Shown here in pieces: positions 1-11,136 of a DNA stretch of 64,000 nt. Every line of letters starts with the position of its first letter. Positions within the stretch are counted from its first letter, which is position 1. Source of the stretch: an uncultured Candidatus Binatia bacterium (GTDB taxonomy: Bacteria > Desulfobacterota > Binatia > UBA9968 > JAJDTQ01); NCBI GenBank assembly GCA_965215605.1, contig OZ244070.1, positions 3,872,001 through 3,936,000 of the forward strand, written 5' to 3'. Position numbers and translations under genes: made by a program. The notes beneath the pieces are model-generated. The model was not told the origin of the DNA. It saw nothing but the letters and a program-made list of their open reading frames with translations, and did no database searches.

Positions 1-58
1 CCTTGCCGACGGCGAAAATGCCCTCGCATCTTCATAGCGCAATTCGCGAGACAGGACA

Positions 59-895
59 CTACGGCGCTCCTTCCATCAGGAAAACGTCCCCGCTCACCAC
101 GCGCTCGGTGCGGCCGTCATCGCAGTCCAGCACCAGGAAGCCGTTCCCGTCCAGATTACGGACCCGCCCCACCAGTTCTTCCTGCGCCGTCAGGGCTCGG
201 ACCCACCGCCCTTCCATCCGCGCGTAGGCGTTCCAGCTCCCGGCGATGGACCCGAACCCCTGCTCCTCAAGCTCGATATAGCGGTGCTCCAGATTGCGCA
301 CCAGCGAGCGGGCGACACGCAACCGGTCCACCGGGGTTCCGGCCTCTTCCATCACCGAAGTGGCGCGTTCGCGAATGTCCGGCGACATGAGCGCGCGCGG
401 GAAGTTGAGGTTGAGGCCGATGCCGACGATCACGAACAGCGTCCGGCCGGGCTCGCAGGCCAGCTCGCTCAGGATGCCGGCCGCCTTCCTGCCGCGCAGC
501 AACACGTCGTTGGGCCACTTGATGCGGGGCGCGCAGGGGACCCGGTCCTTCAGCGTGTCCGCTACCGCCACGGCGGCCAGCAGCGTGATCTTCGCCGACT
601 CCTCGGGCTGCAGCCGTGGACGCAGGATGAAGGAGATGTAAAGGTTGAGATTGGCGGGAGAAACCCAGTGCCGGCCCAACCTCCCCTGGCCCCGGGTCTG
701 GGTTTCGGCGAGGACGACGGTGCCTTCGGGTTCGCCCGCCTCCGCCAGCGCGTGGGCCGTCCGGTTGGTGGACGCCAGCTCCGGGTACACGTAGACACGG
801 CGGCCCAGCCGTTTCGTTCCCAGGCCCTCTTGAATCCCATCGGCGCTCAACCCCTCGGGGGGAGGTCCGCCGGGAAGCTGCGGCGTGGAAGACAT
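59..895 (-). CDS. birA: biotin--[acetyl-CoA-carboxylase] ligase (no N-terminal HTH)
   Basis: Motifs STN, GQGRLGRHW, KWPND, KAAGIL; start moved to ATG at 895 to avoid overlap with valS. Confidence 0.93.
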   Translation of the reverse strand: MSSTPQLPGGPPPEGLSADGIQEGLGTKRLGRRVYVYPELASTNRTAHALAEAGEPEGTVVLAETQTRGQGRLGRHWVSPANLNLYISFILRPRLQPEESAKITLLAAVAVADTLKDRVPCAPRIKWPNDVLLRGRKAAGILSELACEPGRTLFVIVGIGLNLNFPRALMSPDIRERATSVMEEAGTPVDRLRVARSLVRNLEHRYIELEEQGFGSIAGSWNAYARMEGRWVRALTAQEELVGRVRNLDGNGFLVLDCDDGRTERVVSGDVFLMEGAP

Positions 896-950
896 GGTTC
901 GGAGGGAAGTCCGGCGCCCGTGATCGCGCGATTCGCGGGCTGGCCGCCGG

Positions 951-3701
<2,751 letters not shown>

Positions 3702-3722
3702 GGAACTCCTATGAATCCGTCG

Positions 3723-3963
3723 TCATTTCCGCAGAATCAAGTCGGGGCGTCCGGCTCCCCGGTGCTGCGGCGCCCGGAGCGCCCCCACCGTCCGCTCACC
3801 CTCCTCGAGGGTCCTCCCGGTCCACGATGACGAGATCATGGCGCTGAAGGTCTCCGGGCCCCGCCCAGCGATCCCTTGTCACGGTCTGATGCTCTGGAAA
3901 CAGGAACTGCCGCAGCGCCTCGCGCAGGATCGGGTGACTCTCGACGATCAGGATGCTGGCCAT
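3723..3963 (-). pseudogene. short or frameshifted receiver-domain-like ORF
   Basis: MASILIVESHPILREALRQFL...DLVIVD resembles a REC N-terminal half; stops at 3796 after 55 aa; a shifted frame runs on to 3723. Confidence 0.4.
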
Positions 3964-4022
3964 CTCAGTGCAGTCACATAGTAGCAGACAATAGTGGGAG
4001 CCACGAGCATGACAAGGCCGGC

Positions 4023-4050
4023 TTGACAAGGCCGCAAACACTGCTACATA
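4023..4050 (+). promoter_or_regulatory. putative sigma70 promoter of tRNA-Leu
   Basis: TTGACA (4023-4028) then TG-C-TACATA (4042-4050) just upstream of the tRNA. Confidence 0.5.
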
Positions 4051-4069
4051 TAGAACCTTTCCCGTTCGT

Positions 4070-4157
4070 GCGAAAGTGGCGGAATTTGGTAGACGCGCAG
4101 GATTCAGGATCCTGTGGGAGCAATCCCGTGGGGGTTCAATTCCCCCCTTTCGCACCA
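4070..4157 (+). tRNA. tRNA-Leu (anticodon CAG)
   Basis: GCGAAAG/CTTTCGC acceptor stem, D-loop GGAATTTGGTAGAC, anticodon arm CAGGA-TTCAGGA-TCCTG, long variable arm, GTTCAAT T-loop, encoded CCA. Confidence 0.97.
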
Positions 4158-4363
4158 TCTCCCGTGCGAGCGGCCGGCTCACCTTGACCTGCCAGGGCAT
4201 ATGTGCCATCTGTACGACAACACCAGCCTGAACGGAGTCACTTCTGTCCCAGCAACAGCATGAGACGGATCCGCAGGACCTTCCGACGGACGGCGCCGAA
4301 GAGTCCCTGTCCTCCTGCGGTCACGTCGACCCCTACAGCGTCGTTGCCCGCCAACTGCAACGG

Positions 4364-5278
4364 GTGGAAGAGAATCTCGCCGACTGCACCCGCTCCAGGG
4401 AGTCCGAGATCACCGAAATCGCCTCGCACCTCATCCGGGGCGGCGGCAAACGCATCCGCCCGGTGGTCACGCTGCTGATCTTCGACGCGTTCCACGGCGA
4501 GCGGGAACAGGATGCGGTGGACATCGCCACGGCCATGGAGTTGATCCACGCCGCCACGCTGCTTCACGACGACATCATCGACGGCGCGGAGTTCAGGCGC
4601 GGGAAGCAATCCGCCTACAAGCGCTACGGACTGACGCGCACCCTGGTTACGGGCGACTTCCTCTTCATCAAGGCCTTCGAGTTCGCCGGCAAGTTCGACG
4701 AGACCGTGGTCCAGTGGACCGCGGACGCCTGCACCAGCCTCACCGAGGGGGAGATCCTGCAGGGCTCGTTCAACCGGAACCGCACGGTCACCGCCGAGGA
4801 CTATATCCACATCGTCGAGCGCAAGACGGCCTCGCTCTTTCAGACCGGCGCCAGGCTCGGCGCCTATATCGCGGGGGCGCCTTCGGAGCAGGTTGAGGCG
4901 GCGGCGAGTTTCGGCCTCAACCTGGGCATCGCCTTCCAGATGATGGACGACGTCCTCGACGTGGTCGGAAGGCGCGACCTGCTGGGCAAGTCCACGGGCA
5001 TGGACCTTCGCGACGGCAACCCTTCCCTGCCCATCGTCCTTTCCCTGCTGGACGGCCACCGGACCGTGTCCCAGGTGTTTCAGTCCCGGACTCCCACGGA
5101 GAACGACATCCAGCGGGCGTTGGACGCCATGGGCAACGGCACGGTCATCGAGCGCGCCAGAAGCCTCTCCCGCAAGTACGCAATCAAGGCATCCCGGGAC
5201 GTCGAACAACTGCCCGGGTGCGTGGGGCGCGATGGCCTCCGGGCGCTGGTGGGCCTGCTCACCGACCGCGACAGTTGA
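4364..5278 (+). CDS. long-chain (hepta/octaprenyl) polyprenyl diphosphate synthase
   Basis: GGKRIRP, ATLLHDDIID (FARM), FQMMDDVLD (SARM); true start may be CTG at 4244. Confidence 0.93.
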   Translation: MEENLADCTRSRESEITEIASHLIRGGGKRIRPVVTLLIFDAFHGEREQDAVDIATAMELIHAATLLHDDIIDGAEFRRGKQSAYKRYGLTRTLVTGDFLFIKAFEFAGKFDETVVQWTADACTSLTEGEILQGSFNRNRTVTAEDYIHIVERKTASLFQTGARLGAYIAGAPSEQVEAAASFGLNLGIAFQMMDDVLDVVGRRDLLGKSTGMDLRDGNPSLPIVLSLLDGHRTVSQVFQSRTPTENDIQRALDAMGNGTVIERARSLSRKYAIKASRDVEQLPGCVGRDGLRALVGLLTDRDS

Positions 5279-5311
5279 CCCCCCCGCCCGCGGGCGCTCC
5301 CTGACCGGCTC

Positions 5312-6025
5312 ATGTCTGCCCCCCACGACACCTTGGTCCGCAACATCTTCGACCGGATCGCACGGCGCTACGACCTGCTCAACCGCATAATCAGTTTTCG
5401 GTTGGACTCGTTGTGGCGGCGAAAGGCCATCGGCGCCCTCGGCATCGCGGACCGCCCCGCTCTCGTGCTGGACATGGGGACGGGGACCGGCGCTCTGGCC
5501 CTTGACGCGTGCAGGGTCCTGCGCCCCGGCGCGCGGGTCGTAGGGCTGGACTTCTCGCAAGCCATGCTCAGCCGCGCGCGCGCGCGGACCGCGCGGGCCG
5601 GGCACGGGAACCAGGCCGCTTTCGTGCTGGCCCACGCCCTGGCCGCACCCGTCGGAAACGGGGTCTTCGACGCGGTCATGAGCGCCTTCGTGCTGCGCAA
5701 CGTGGGAAATCTCGAATCGTTCTTCCACGAGTCGTACCGAGTGCTGAAGCCGGGCGGCCGGATGGTCTGCCTGGACATGTTCCCGCCTCCCCAGGGCGTA
5801 TTCTCGTGGCTCTATTGGCTCTACTTCGGAAAGCTCATGCCGCGTATCGGCAGCCTGGTGAGCGGTGATCCGGCCGCCTACCGGTATCTGTCCGACTCGG
5901 TCAGGGCTTTCGTCTCCCCCGCCACCGTGGCGGCCACCATCGCATCGGCCGGTTTCGTCGAGACGCGCACCGTCCCGTACATGCGCGGCGCCGTCTGTCT
6001 TCACCTCGCCGCCAAGCCCCGGTAA
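5312..6025 (+). CDS. menG: UbiE/MenG family quinone C-methyltransferase
   Basis: IFDRIARRYDLLNRIISF, LDMGTGTG SAM motif, RVLKPGG, AYRYLSDSV; follows the prenyl synthase. Confidence 0.88.
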   Translation: MSAPHDTLVRNIFDRIARRYDLLNRIISFRLDSLWRRKAIGALGIADRPALVLDMGTGTGALALDACRVLRPGARVVGLDFSQAMLSRARARTARAGHGNQAAFVLAHALAAPVGNGVFDAVMSAFVLRNVGNLESFFHESYRVLKPGGRMVCLDMFPPPQGVFSWLYWLYFGKLMPRIGSLVSGDPAAYRYLSDSVRAFVSPATVAATIASAGFVETRTVPYMRGAVCLHLAAKPR

Positions 6026-6040
6026 CTGCAGCCGAATGTC

Positions 6041-6856
6041 ATGAACCCTTACGCAGCAGCGTTCGTAATGTTTCTCTACCAGTTGTCGGTGGGCGGGCTG
6101 GTGGGTCTGTCGGTGACCCCGTTCACGGATCTGGAGAGAGGCTTCTACAAATCCACCGCAGGGGTCCTGGTCGCCGCCGCGGTGCTGGCGCTGTGGGGAC
6201 AGCTCGACCTCCTGCCACGGGCGCAGGGGTTGAGCGAGATCATGAATCTCGTTCTGTTGGGAGGATTTACCCTATTTCTGATTCTTTACTTCATAACGTT
6301 GTGGGGTGAACGGGCATTCCTGCGCGCGCGGTTCTTCTCCACCGCGATCCTGATCGGCGCAACCGGAATCATGGTGGCCTCTTACGGTTTCTCCCACGGC
6401 CCTCTCGGGCCCGTGGAAGCCGTATTCCTTCCCGTCAGGTTCGCCGTATCCTCGCTGCTGCTGGGGGCCGTCACCGTCGGCATGCTGATCGGCCACTGGT
6501 ACCTGATCGAAACCGGCCAGAGTCTCGAACCGTTCTTCCGGGTCTTCCGCTTCTTCGTAACGATGCTGGTCATTCAGACGGGCCTGGAGGCCGCCGCCAC
6601 CGCCCTGCTCTACCTGCTCGGCACCGGAGAAACCGTGGCGGCCATCGAACGCCTCTTCAACCACCACCACCTGCTGCTGCTTTCGCGCTTCGTCGTGGCC
6701 CAGCTCGGCCCGCTGCTGCTTTCATACATGATCTGGAAGACTCTCGCGGACTTCAAGAACACCATGGCGGCCACGGGCCTGTTCTACATCGCCCTGCTCG
6801 GCGTCTTCGTGGGTGAGCTCCTGTCCAGCCAGATCCTGGCCCTGCTGCCCGGCTAG
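6041..6856 (+). CDS. polytopic membrane protein (about 8 TM), unknown function
   Basis: Repeated hydrophobic segments; GMLIGHWYL and MAATGLFY motifs. Confidence 0.75.
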   Translation: MNPYAAAFVMFLYQLSVGGLVGLSVTPFTDLERGFYKSTAGVLVAAAVLALWGQLDLLPRAQGLSEIMNLVLLGGFTLFLILYFITLWGERAFLRARFFSTAILIGATGIMVASYGFSHGPLGPVEAVFLPVRFAVSSLLLGAVTVGMLIGHWYLIETGQSLEPFFRVFRFFVTMLVIQTGLEAAATALLYLLGTGETVAAIERLFNHHHLLLLSRFVVAQLGPLLLSYMIWKTLADFKNTMAATGLFYIALLGVFVGELLSSQILALLPG

Positions 6857-7200
6857 GCCGGGCGCCTGTCCGAGTCCTGTCTCCGACCACCCGGGGCCCG
6901 GTCCCCTCTGGGGTAAGTCCTTATCTTGATGATTCGAAGCCCGTGACTGGTCCAGCCGAGATCGTACCCTACGACCATTCCCTCTCTAAGGCCCCTGGGC
7001 GACCTCACCGGGCCGGACATCAGGACCATCTGGTAGGAGAACCGGACGTCCCGGCCGCTTGCGGTCCGGACGACTCCGGTGCCCTTTCGTGGCGAAAGGC
7101 GCCGGATGATCCCGTGATAGTACAGATCCGGCTGCTCCTCGGGAATCGGGACCCCCGGGTCGCCGCCGGCTACGTCAGCCTTTTCATCGCTTTCAACCAT
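6853..7200 (-). CDS. cold-shock/OB-fold-like small protein
   Basis: YHGIIRRLSPRKGTGVVRTASGRDVRF...LREGMVVGY follows the CSD strand pattern; ATG at 7200. Confidence 0.55.
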   Translation of the reverse strand: MVESDEKADVAGGDPGVPIPEEQPDLYYHGIIRRLSPRKGTGVVRTASGRDVRFSYQMVLMSGPVRSPRGLREGMVVGYDLGWTSHGLRIIKIRTYPRGDRAPGGRRQDSDRRPA

Positions 7201-7316
7201 CGACCGTTCCCATCCGTTTCTGGCCGTCCCCCCGGTTCGACAGACACCCATCCTATCTCTCCGGGTCCTGAACTTCAAACCGGAAGGGTTCCTGAGGGGC
7301 CGTCGGGCCACCGCCG

Positions 7317-7402
7317 TCGACGAAATCGTCGAATCCCACAAATTATTGATTTTACGCATAAAAATAGTAGGCATTTGATCGAACTCGACAATTTCGTCGA
7401 GT
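7317..7402. promoter_or_regulatory. pair of palindromic upstream activator sites
   Basis: TCGACGAAATCGTCGA (7317-7332) and TCGACAATTTCGTCGA (7385-7400), near reverse complements of each other. Confidence 0.65.
7339..7351 (-). promoter_or_regulatory. IHF consensus site
   Basis: Minus strand AATCAATAATTTG matches WATCAANNNNTTR. Confidence 0.6.
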
Positions 7403-7425
7403 CAGAGCAAACAAAACCGCCCAAA

Positions 7426-7438
7426 TATCAACAAGTTG
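7426..7438 (+). promoter_or_regulatory. IHF consensus site
   Basis: TATCAACAAGTTG matches WATCAANNNNTTR, between the palindromes and the -24/-12 element. Confidence 0.7.
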
Positions 7439-7443
7439 GCCGA

Positions 7444-7460
7444 TGGCACGAAAAGTGCAT
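7444..7460 (+). promoter_or_regulatory. sigma54 (-24/-12) promoter
   Basis: TGGCACGAAAAGTGCAT: GG-N10-GC with TGGCACG. Confidence 0.75.
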
Positions 7461-7583
7461 TCGTCAGACTGGGGGTCTGGAGCGCCATCGCGCCCAGATT
7501 TGTTCGCGAAACGGAGGTCATTCACGGCCTGAAATGGGAAAATTTGACAAATATTTCCCATATGAGTAATAGAAAGAGCCAAT

Positions 7584-8648
7584 ATGCTGTCCACGGAAGT
7601 GAAACCGCTGGAAAAGAACTTCATCGCCGAAGCTCTCTCCCAACCCCAGGCACGGGAACTTGTCGGCATAGCCGAGGAGTTCTCCCTCGGCGAATTCTGC
7701 TCCGCCGCCGGGCTTCATCGGGAATCCGCCGAACCGTTCTTCATCCTGGAAACCAAACGGGGCAAGTTCGTGGTCTGCATCGAGGGGATCAAGAGCGAGA
7801 ACGAGGTGAAGCACGACATCGAGTTGCTCCTGTTCCTGCGGCGCCACGGTTTTCAGTGCCTCCAGCCCTTGAAGAGCCGCGACGGCCAGCACTATCTCCA
7901 GGCGGACGGCCGCTTCATTTCCGCCAGCCGCAACATCGACGGCAACGAAGTGCCGGTGGGCGATCTCACGCTGGCGCAGCATTCGGCCGCGGGACATGTG
8001 CTCGCGGACCTGCACCTCATCGGCAGGGGTTACAAGAAGGGGGTCGAGAACCGCTTTTCGTTTCCACGAGTGGCGGCGATGTACCAGGAGGTGAGGAAAA
8101 ACCTGCCGGCGCATCTCAAGACCATCGTGCGGGTGCTGGATGACGAGGTCAACTACCTCGAAGGATACCTCGACAACAACCTGCCCAAGGGCATCATTCA
8201 CGGCAACCTCTCCTGGGAAAGCATGAAGTTCAAGGGTTCGCGTCTCGTCGGCATCATGAACTTCGACAGGGCCTGCCGCGGGAAGTTCATCTGCGACCTG
8301 GCCACCACCGTGAATGCCGTGTGCTACTACGAGGGAAGGTATCGGCTGGACCGGTTCGAAGAGCTGATTCTGGGTTACGAGAGTTTGCGGCCGCTGTCGC
8401 TGCCCGAGTGGGATTCCTTTCCCAACGAGCTCCGCTTTTCGGCTCTCAGGACGGCGGTCACCAGCCTGTACGACTTCTATCTCCGGAAACGGGCCGAACG
8501 GCAACGCATCCAGAAGACCTTCGTCGACTTCTTCGAACGGCTCCTGATCCTCAGACGGGAGAAGGACGGCGGCATGGAAGACCTGCTGTTGTCCATGGCA
8601 ACCGGATACGACTACCGGAAATATCAGAAATCGAAGCCGTCCAGGTAG
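7584..8648 (+). CDS. homoserine kinase type II (APH-fold)-like protein, probable pseudokinase
   Basis: LADLH, LPKGIIHGNL, IMNFD, DLA pattern of the ThrB-II/APH family, but HGD is HGN and DF is NF. Confidence 0.8.
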   Translation: MLSTEVKPLEKNFIAEALSQPQARELVGIAEEFSLGEFCSAAGLHRESAEPFFILETKRGKFVVCIEGIKSENEVKHDIELLLFLRRHGFQCLQPLKSRDGQHYLQADGRFISASRNIDGNEVPVGDLTLAQHSAAGHVLADLHLIGRGYKKGVENRFSFPRVAAMYQEVRKNLPAHLKTIVRVLDDEVNYLEGYLDNNLPKGIIHGNLSWESMKFKGSRLVGIMNFDRACRGKFICDLATTVNAVCYYEGRYRLDRFEELILGYESLRPLSLPEWDSFPNELRFSALRTAVTSLYDFYLRKRAERQRIQKTFVDFFERLLILRREKDGGMEDLLLSMATGYDYRKYQKSKPSR

Positions 8649-8666
8649 CCCGGCAGGAGGGCGCGG

Positions 8667-9029
8667 TCATGGCACCGGCGTGTGCCGGCGCACGGTCTTG
8701 ACGAAGGCGAAGCCGCTGAAACCCAACCCCATCAATAAAAGCAGCAAGCCGCCCCGGAGCACCACGTAGAAAAAGTCCACCTTGATCCGGGCGGCATTGT
8801 ACTTCTCCCTCTCTTCATGGATCCGGCCCAGAATCTCCGTGCTCTTCGTCGAACCCGACTCCCCGGATCCGCCGGCCCGGTCCTCCGCTCTCATCTTCGA
8901 ACCGGCGTCCATCAAGGCTCGGTAATGCGCCACCTGAACCGCGCCGACGACCCAGTTGCCGGCGCCAAGCAAAACGAGCACCACGCCGAACGCAAAAAAC
9001 GGGTCCAAGTAAATCTGCCTGGACTTCAT
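8667..9029 (-). CDS. two-TM hypothetical membrane protein
   Basis: Hydrophobic N- and C-terminal helices flanking a polar loop. Confidence 0.6.
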   Translation of the reverse strand: MKSRQIYLDPFFAFGVVLVLLGAGNWVVGAVQVAHYRALMDAGSKMRAEDRAGGSGESGSTKSTEILGRIHEEREKYNAARIKVDFFYVVLRGGLLLLLMGLGFSGFAFVKTVRRHTPVP

Positions 9030-9082
9030 GACCGCCTCGCACGATAACCAACCCATGATCTGTGGTCAATACGGAGGGCTCG

Positions 9083-9805
9083 ATGAAATCCTACGTGATC
9101 GGTGACATGCACGGCTGCGTGGCCGAGTTGACCGCGCTGGTCGAGTTCTTGCCGCTGGAACGGGGCGACACCGTGGTCTTCCTCGGCGACTACATCGACC
9201 GCGGGCCCGACTCCAGGGGCGTGGTCGACTGTCTGCTGGCGTTGCGCGGGCGGGGCGCGCAGGAAACGGTGTTCCTGAGGGGCAACCACGAGGACATGAT
9301 GCTGTCGTTCGTGGGCCTCTCGGGGAATCACGGCGACGCATTTCTCCTGAACGGCGGAGTTGCCACGCTGGCGAGCTACGGGGTGGCCGCGCCCGCGGGA
9401 CGGCCGACCCCTGCCGACGGCCAGCGGTTGCTGGAGGCCCTGCCGCCGGACCACATCGAGTTCTTCGTGAGGCTGGAACCCTGGTATTTCATGGACGGAT
9501 TTCTGTGCGTCCACGCCGGCATCAACCCGCAACGTTCATGGGAGGACCAGACAGGCGAGGAACTCATCTGGATCCGGCACGAGTTCATCACGAATCCACA
9601 CGCCCTGTCCCGGACGGTGTTGTTCGGCCACACCCCGATGAAGGACGTCTTCTTCAACCTGCCCTACAAGATCGGCCTCGATACGGGACTGGTCTACGGT
9701 AACGCCCTGAGTTGTCTCGAAACGACGGAACGGACGCTGTACCAGATACGGCACGGCAGCACCGAAGTCTCCGTAACCGACGTGGCCCGTCACTGGGCGC
9801 GGTAA
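9083..9805 (+). CDS. PPP-family Ser/Thr protein phosphatase (metallophosphoesterase)
   Basis: GDMHG, GDYIDRG, RGNHE, HAG, FGHTP, LDTG; GGAGG RBS before ATG 9083. Confidence 0.92.
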   Translation: MKSYVIGDMHGCVAELTALVEFLPLERGDTVVFLGDYIDRGPDSRGVVDCLLALRGRGAQETVFLRGNHEDMMLSFVGLSGNHGDAFLLNGGVATLASYGVAAPAGRPTPADGQRLLEALPPDHIEFFVRLEPWYFMDGFLCVHAGINPQRSWEDQTGEELIWIRHEFITNPHALSRTVLFGHTPMKDVFFNLPYKIGLDTGLVYGNALSCLETTERTLYQIRHGSTEVSVTDVARHWAR

Positions 9806-9835
9806 CGTAACCGCGGACACGCCGGCGCGGCGCCG

Positions 9836-10936
9836 CTACGGATGCACCGACTCGAGGAACCACTCGGTCGGGATCTCCCGGCCGAGGCCCTTGGCCCTGG
9901 CGTCCTCGTAGACGGCGCTTCCGACGGCCGCGAACTGGACGCCGAGCCCGATGTTGTTGACGAAGCAGGTCGATTCTTCGGGCCCGCTCCGCCCGGCCAC
10001 CTTCCCCGCCACCACATCCTTCAACTCCGGCGCGTCGATCCAGGCAGGAACCTCGGGCCGCGCCACCGCATCCTTGTCGGCGGCGGTGAGGAAATCGATG
10101 GGGTCGTGGGCCTCGACCTTCTCGTCGCCCATGCCGGCGATGTAGTTCTCGGGCGCGATCTTGCGCGTATGGATGACCACCCGGTCGGCCCGGCCGATGG
10201 TGTCGTCGCCGAGTTCCGACGTCTTCACGCAGGTGAAGTGCACGCCGGGTTTCACCCATTCCGGCAGGATCACGCGCGTGATGGCGTTGGTGGCGGCCAC
10301 CAGAACCTGTGCCTGCTCCGCCACCTTGTCCGCATCTCCGCACGGCTCCACCGGCAAGCCTGCCCGCGCGGCCATCTCCTCGGCGAACGATTCCCGGTTC
10401 GCCTTGGTGGGGCTGAACACCAGGACCTTCTCGAAGGTACGCACCTTGCTGAACGCTTCCACGTGGGCGCGGGCCTGCCAGCCGGAGCCGAAGATGCCGA
10501 GTTGGGTCGCGTCCTCCCTTGCCATGTACCGGGCCGCCAGGGCGCTCGAGGCCGCCACCCGGAAAGCCTGAATGACCCCGTCGGGGAAGATGGCCAGGGG
10601 CTCCCCGGTCTCCGCGGAGAACAGCAGCACCAGACCCACCCATTTGCCGCCGGGGGCCTTGGGAAGCTTGTCCTTCACGATGCGGCCGCCACGGTCCTCC
10701 CAGCGGATGACATCGGAGTTCAGCCGCAGGGCCACCACCTTGGGATCGAACAGGCCCGCCTCCATGGACTTGAAGGCGTATACGCCGGAGGTCTCGGGAA
10801 AAGGCAGATAGAGATCGGTGCGCGGGCGGTTCACGGCCTCCCCGTTGGCGAGCTGGCGGTAGGCCTTGTCCAGCACCTGGAGGCACGAGTCCATCGAGAG
10901 CAGTCCCTCGATCTCGTCATTGTTCAGAATCAACAT
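9836..10936 (-). CDS. ornithine cyclodeaminase/mu-crystallin family protein (paralog 1)
   Basis: LLFSAETGEPLA, FRVAASSALA, GIFGSGWQA. Confidence 0.88.
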   Translation of the reverse strand: MLILNNDEIEGLLSMDSCLQVLDKAYRQLANGEAVNRPRTDLYLPFPETSGVYAFKSMEAGLFDPKVVALRLNSDVIRWEDRGGRIVKDKLPKAPGGKWVGLVLLFSAETGEPLAIFPDGVIQAFRVAASSALAARYMAREDATQLGIFGSGWQARAHVEAFSKVRTFEKVLVFSPTKANRESFAEEMAARAGLPVEPCGDADKVAEQAQVLVAATNAITRVILPEWVKPGVHFTCVKTSELGDDTIGRADRVVIHTRKIAPENYIAGMGDEKVEAHDPIDFLTAADKDAVARPEVPAWIDAPELKDVVAGKVAGRSGPEESTCFVNNIGLGVQFAAVGSAVYEDARAKGLGREIPTEWFLESVHP

Positions 10937-10981
10937 GGCGCGTTTCCTCCTGGCGTGCTCCGGTCATGTGTCCTGCGGACA

Positions 10982-11123
10982 GGGAGCGGCGGGTGGGGCA
11001 CTCCGAAATCCGTTGACGCCGGGCATGCGTGGCGACGACTCACGACGCGGCTCGTGCGGAGTGGAACCACCGAACGCGAGCAGGAGCGTCTCCGGATTTC
11101 GGAGTGCTCCATCCGCTGCTCCC
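10982..11123 (+). repeat. 142-bp long-hairpin element (31-bp arms)
   Basis: Arms 10982-11012 and 11093-11123 pair at 28/31 positions; the other 3 are G-U on the + strand; inner stems present. Confidence 0.75.
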
Positions 11124-11136
11124 CACCCACCGTTGG

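Noticed and set aside
1-58. Start of a gene downstream of birA
   Set aside because: Too short to support any call
4070-4200. tRNA-Leu as an integration site (attL)
   Set aside because: No integrase follows, and I saw no duplicate of the tRNA 3' end in the window; downstream genes are housekeeping
7584-8648. Calling this gene thrB
   Set aside because: Catalytic and Mg-binding residues are substituted, so the symbol is withheld
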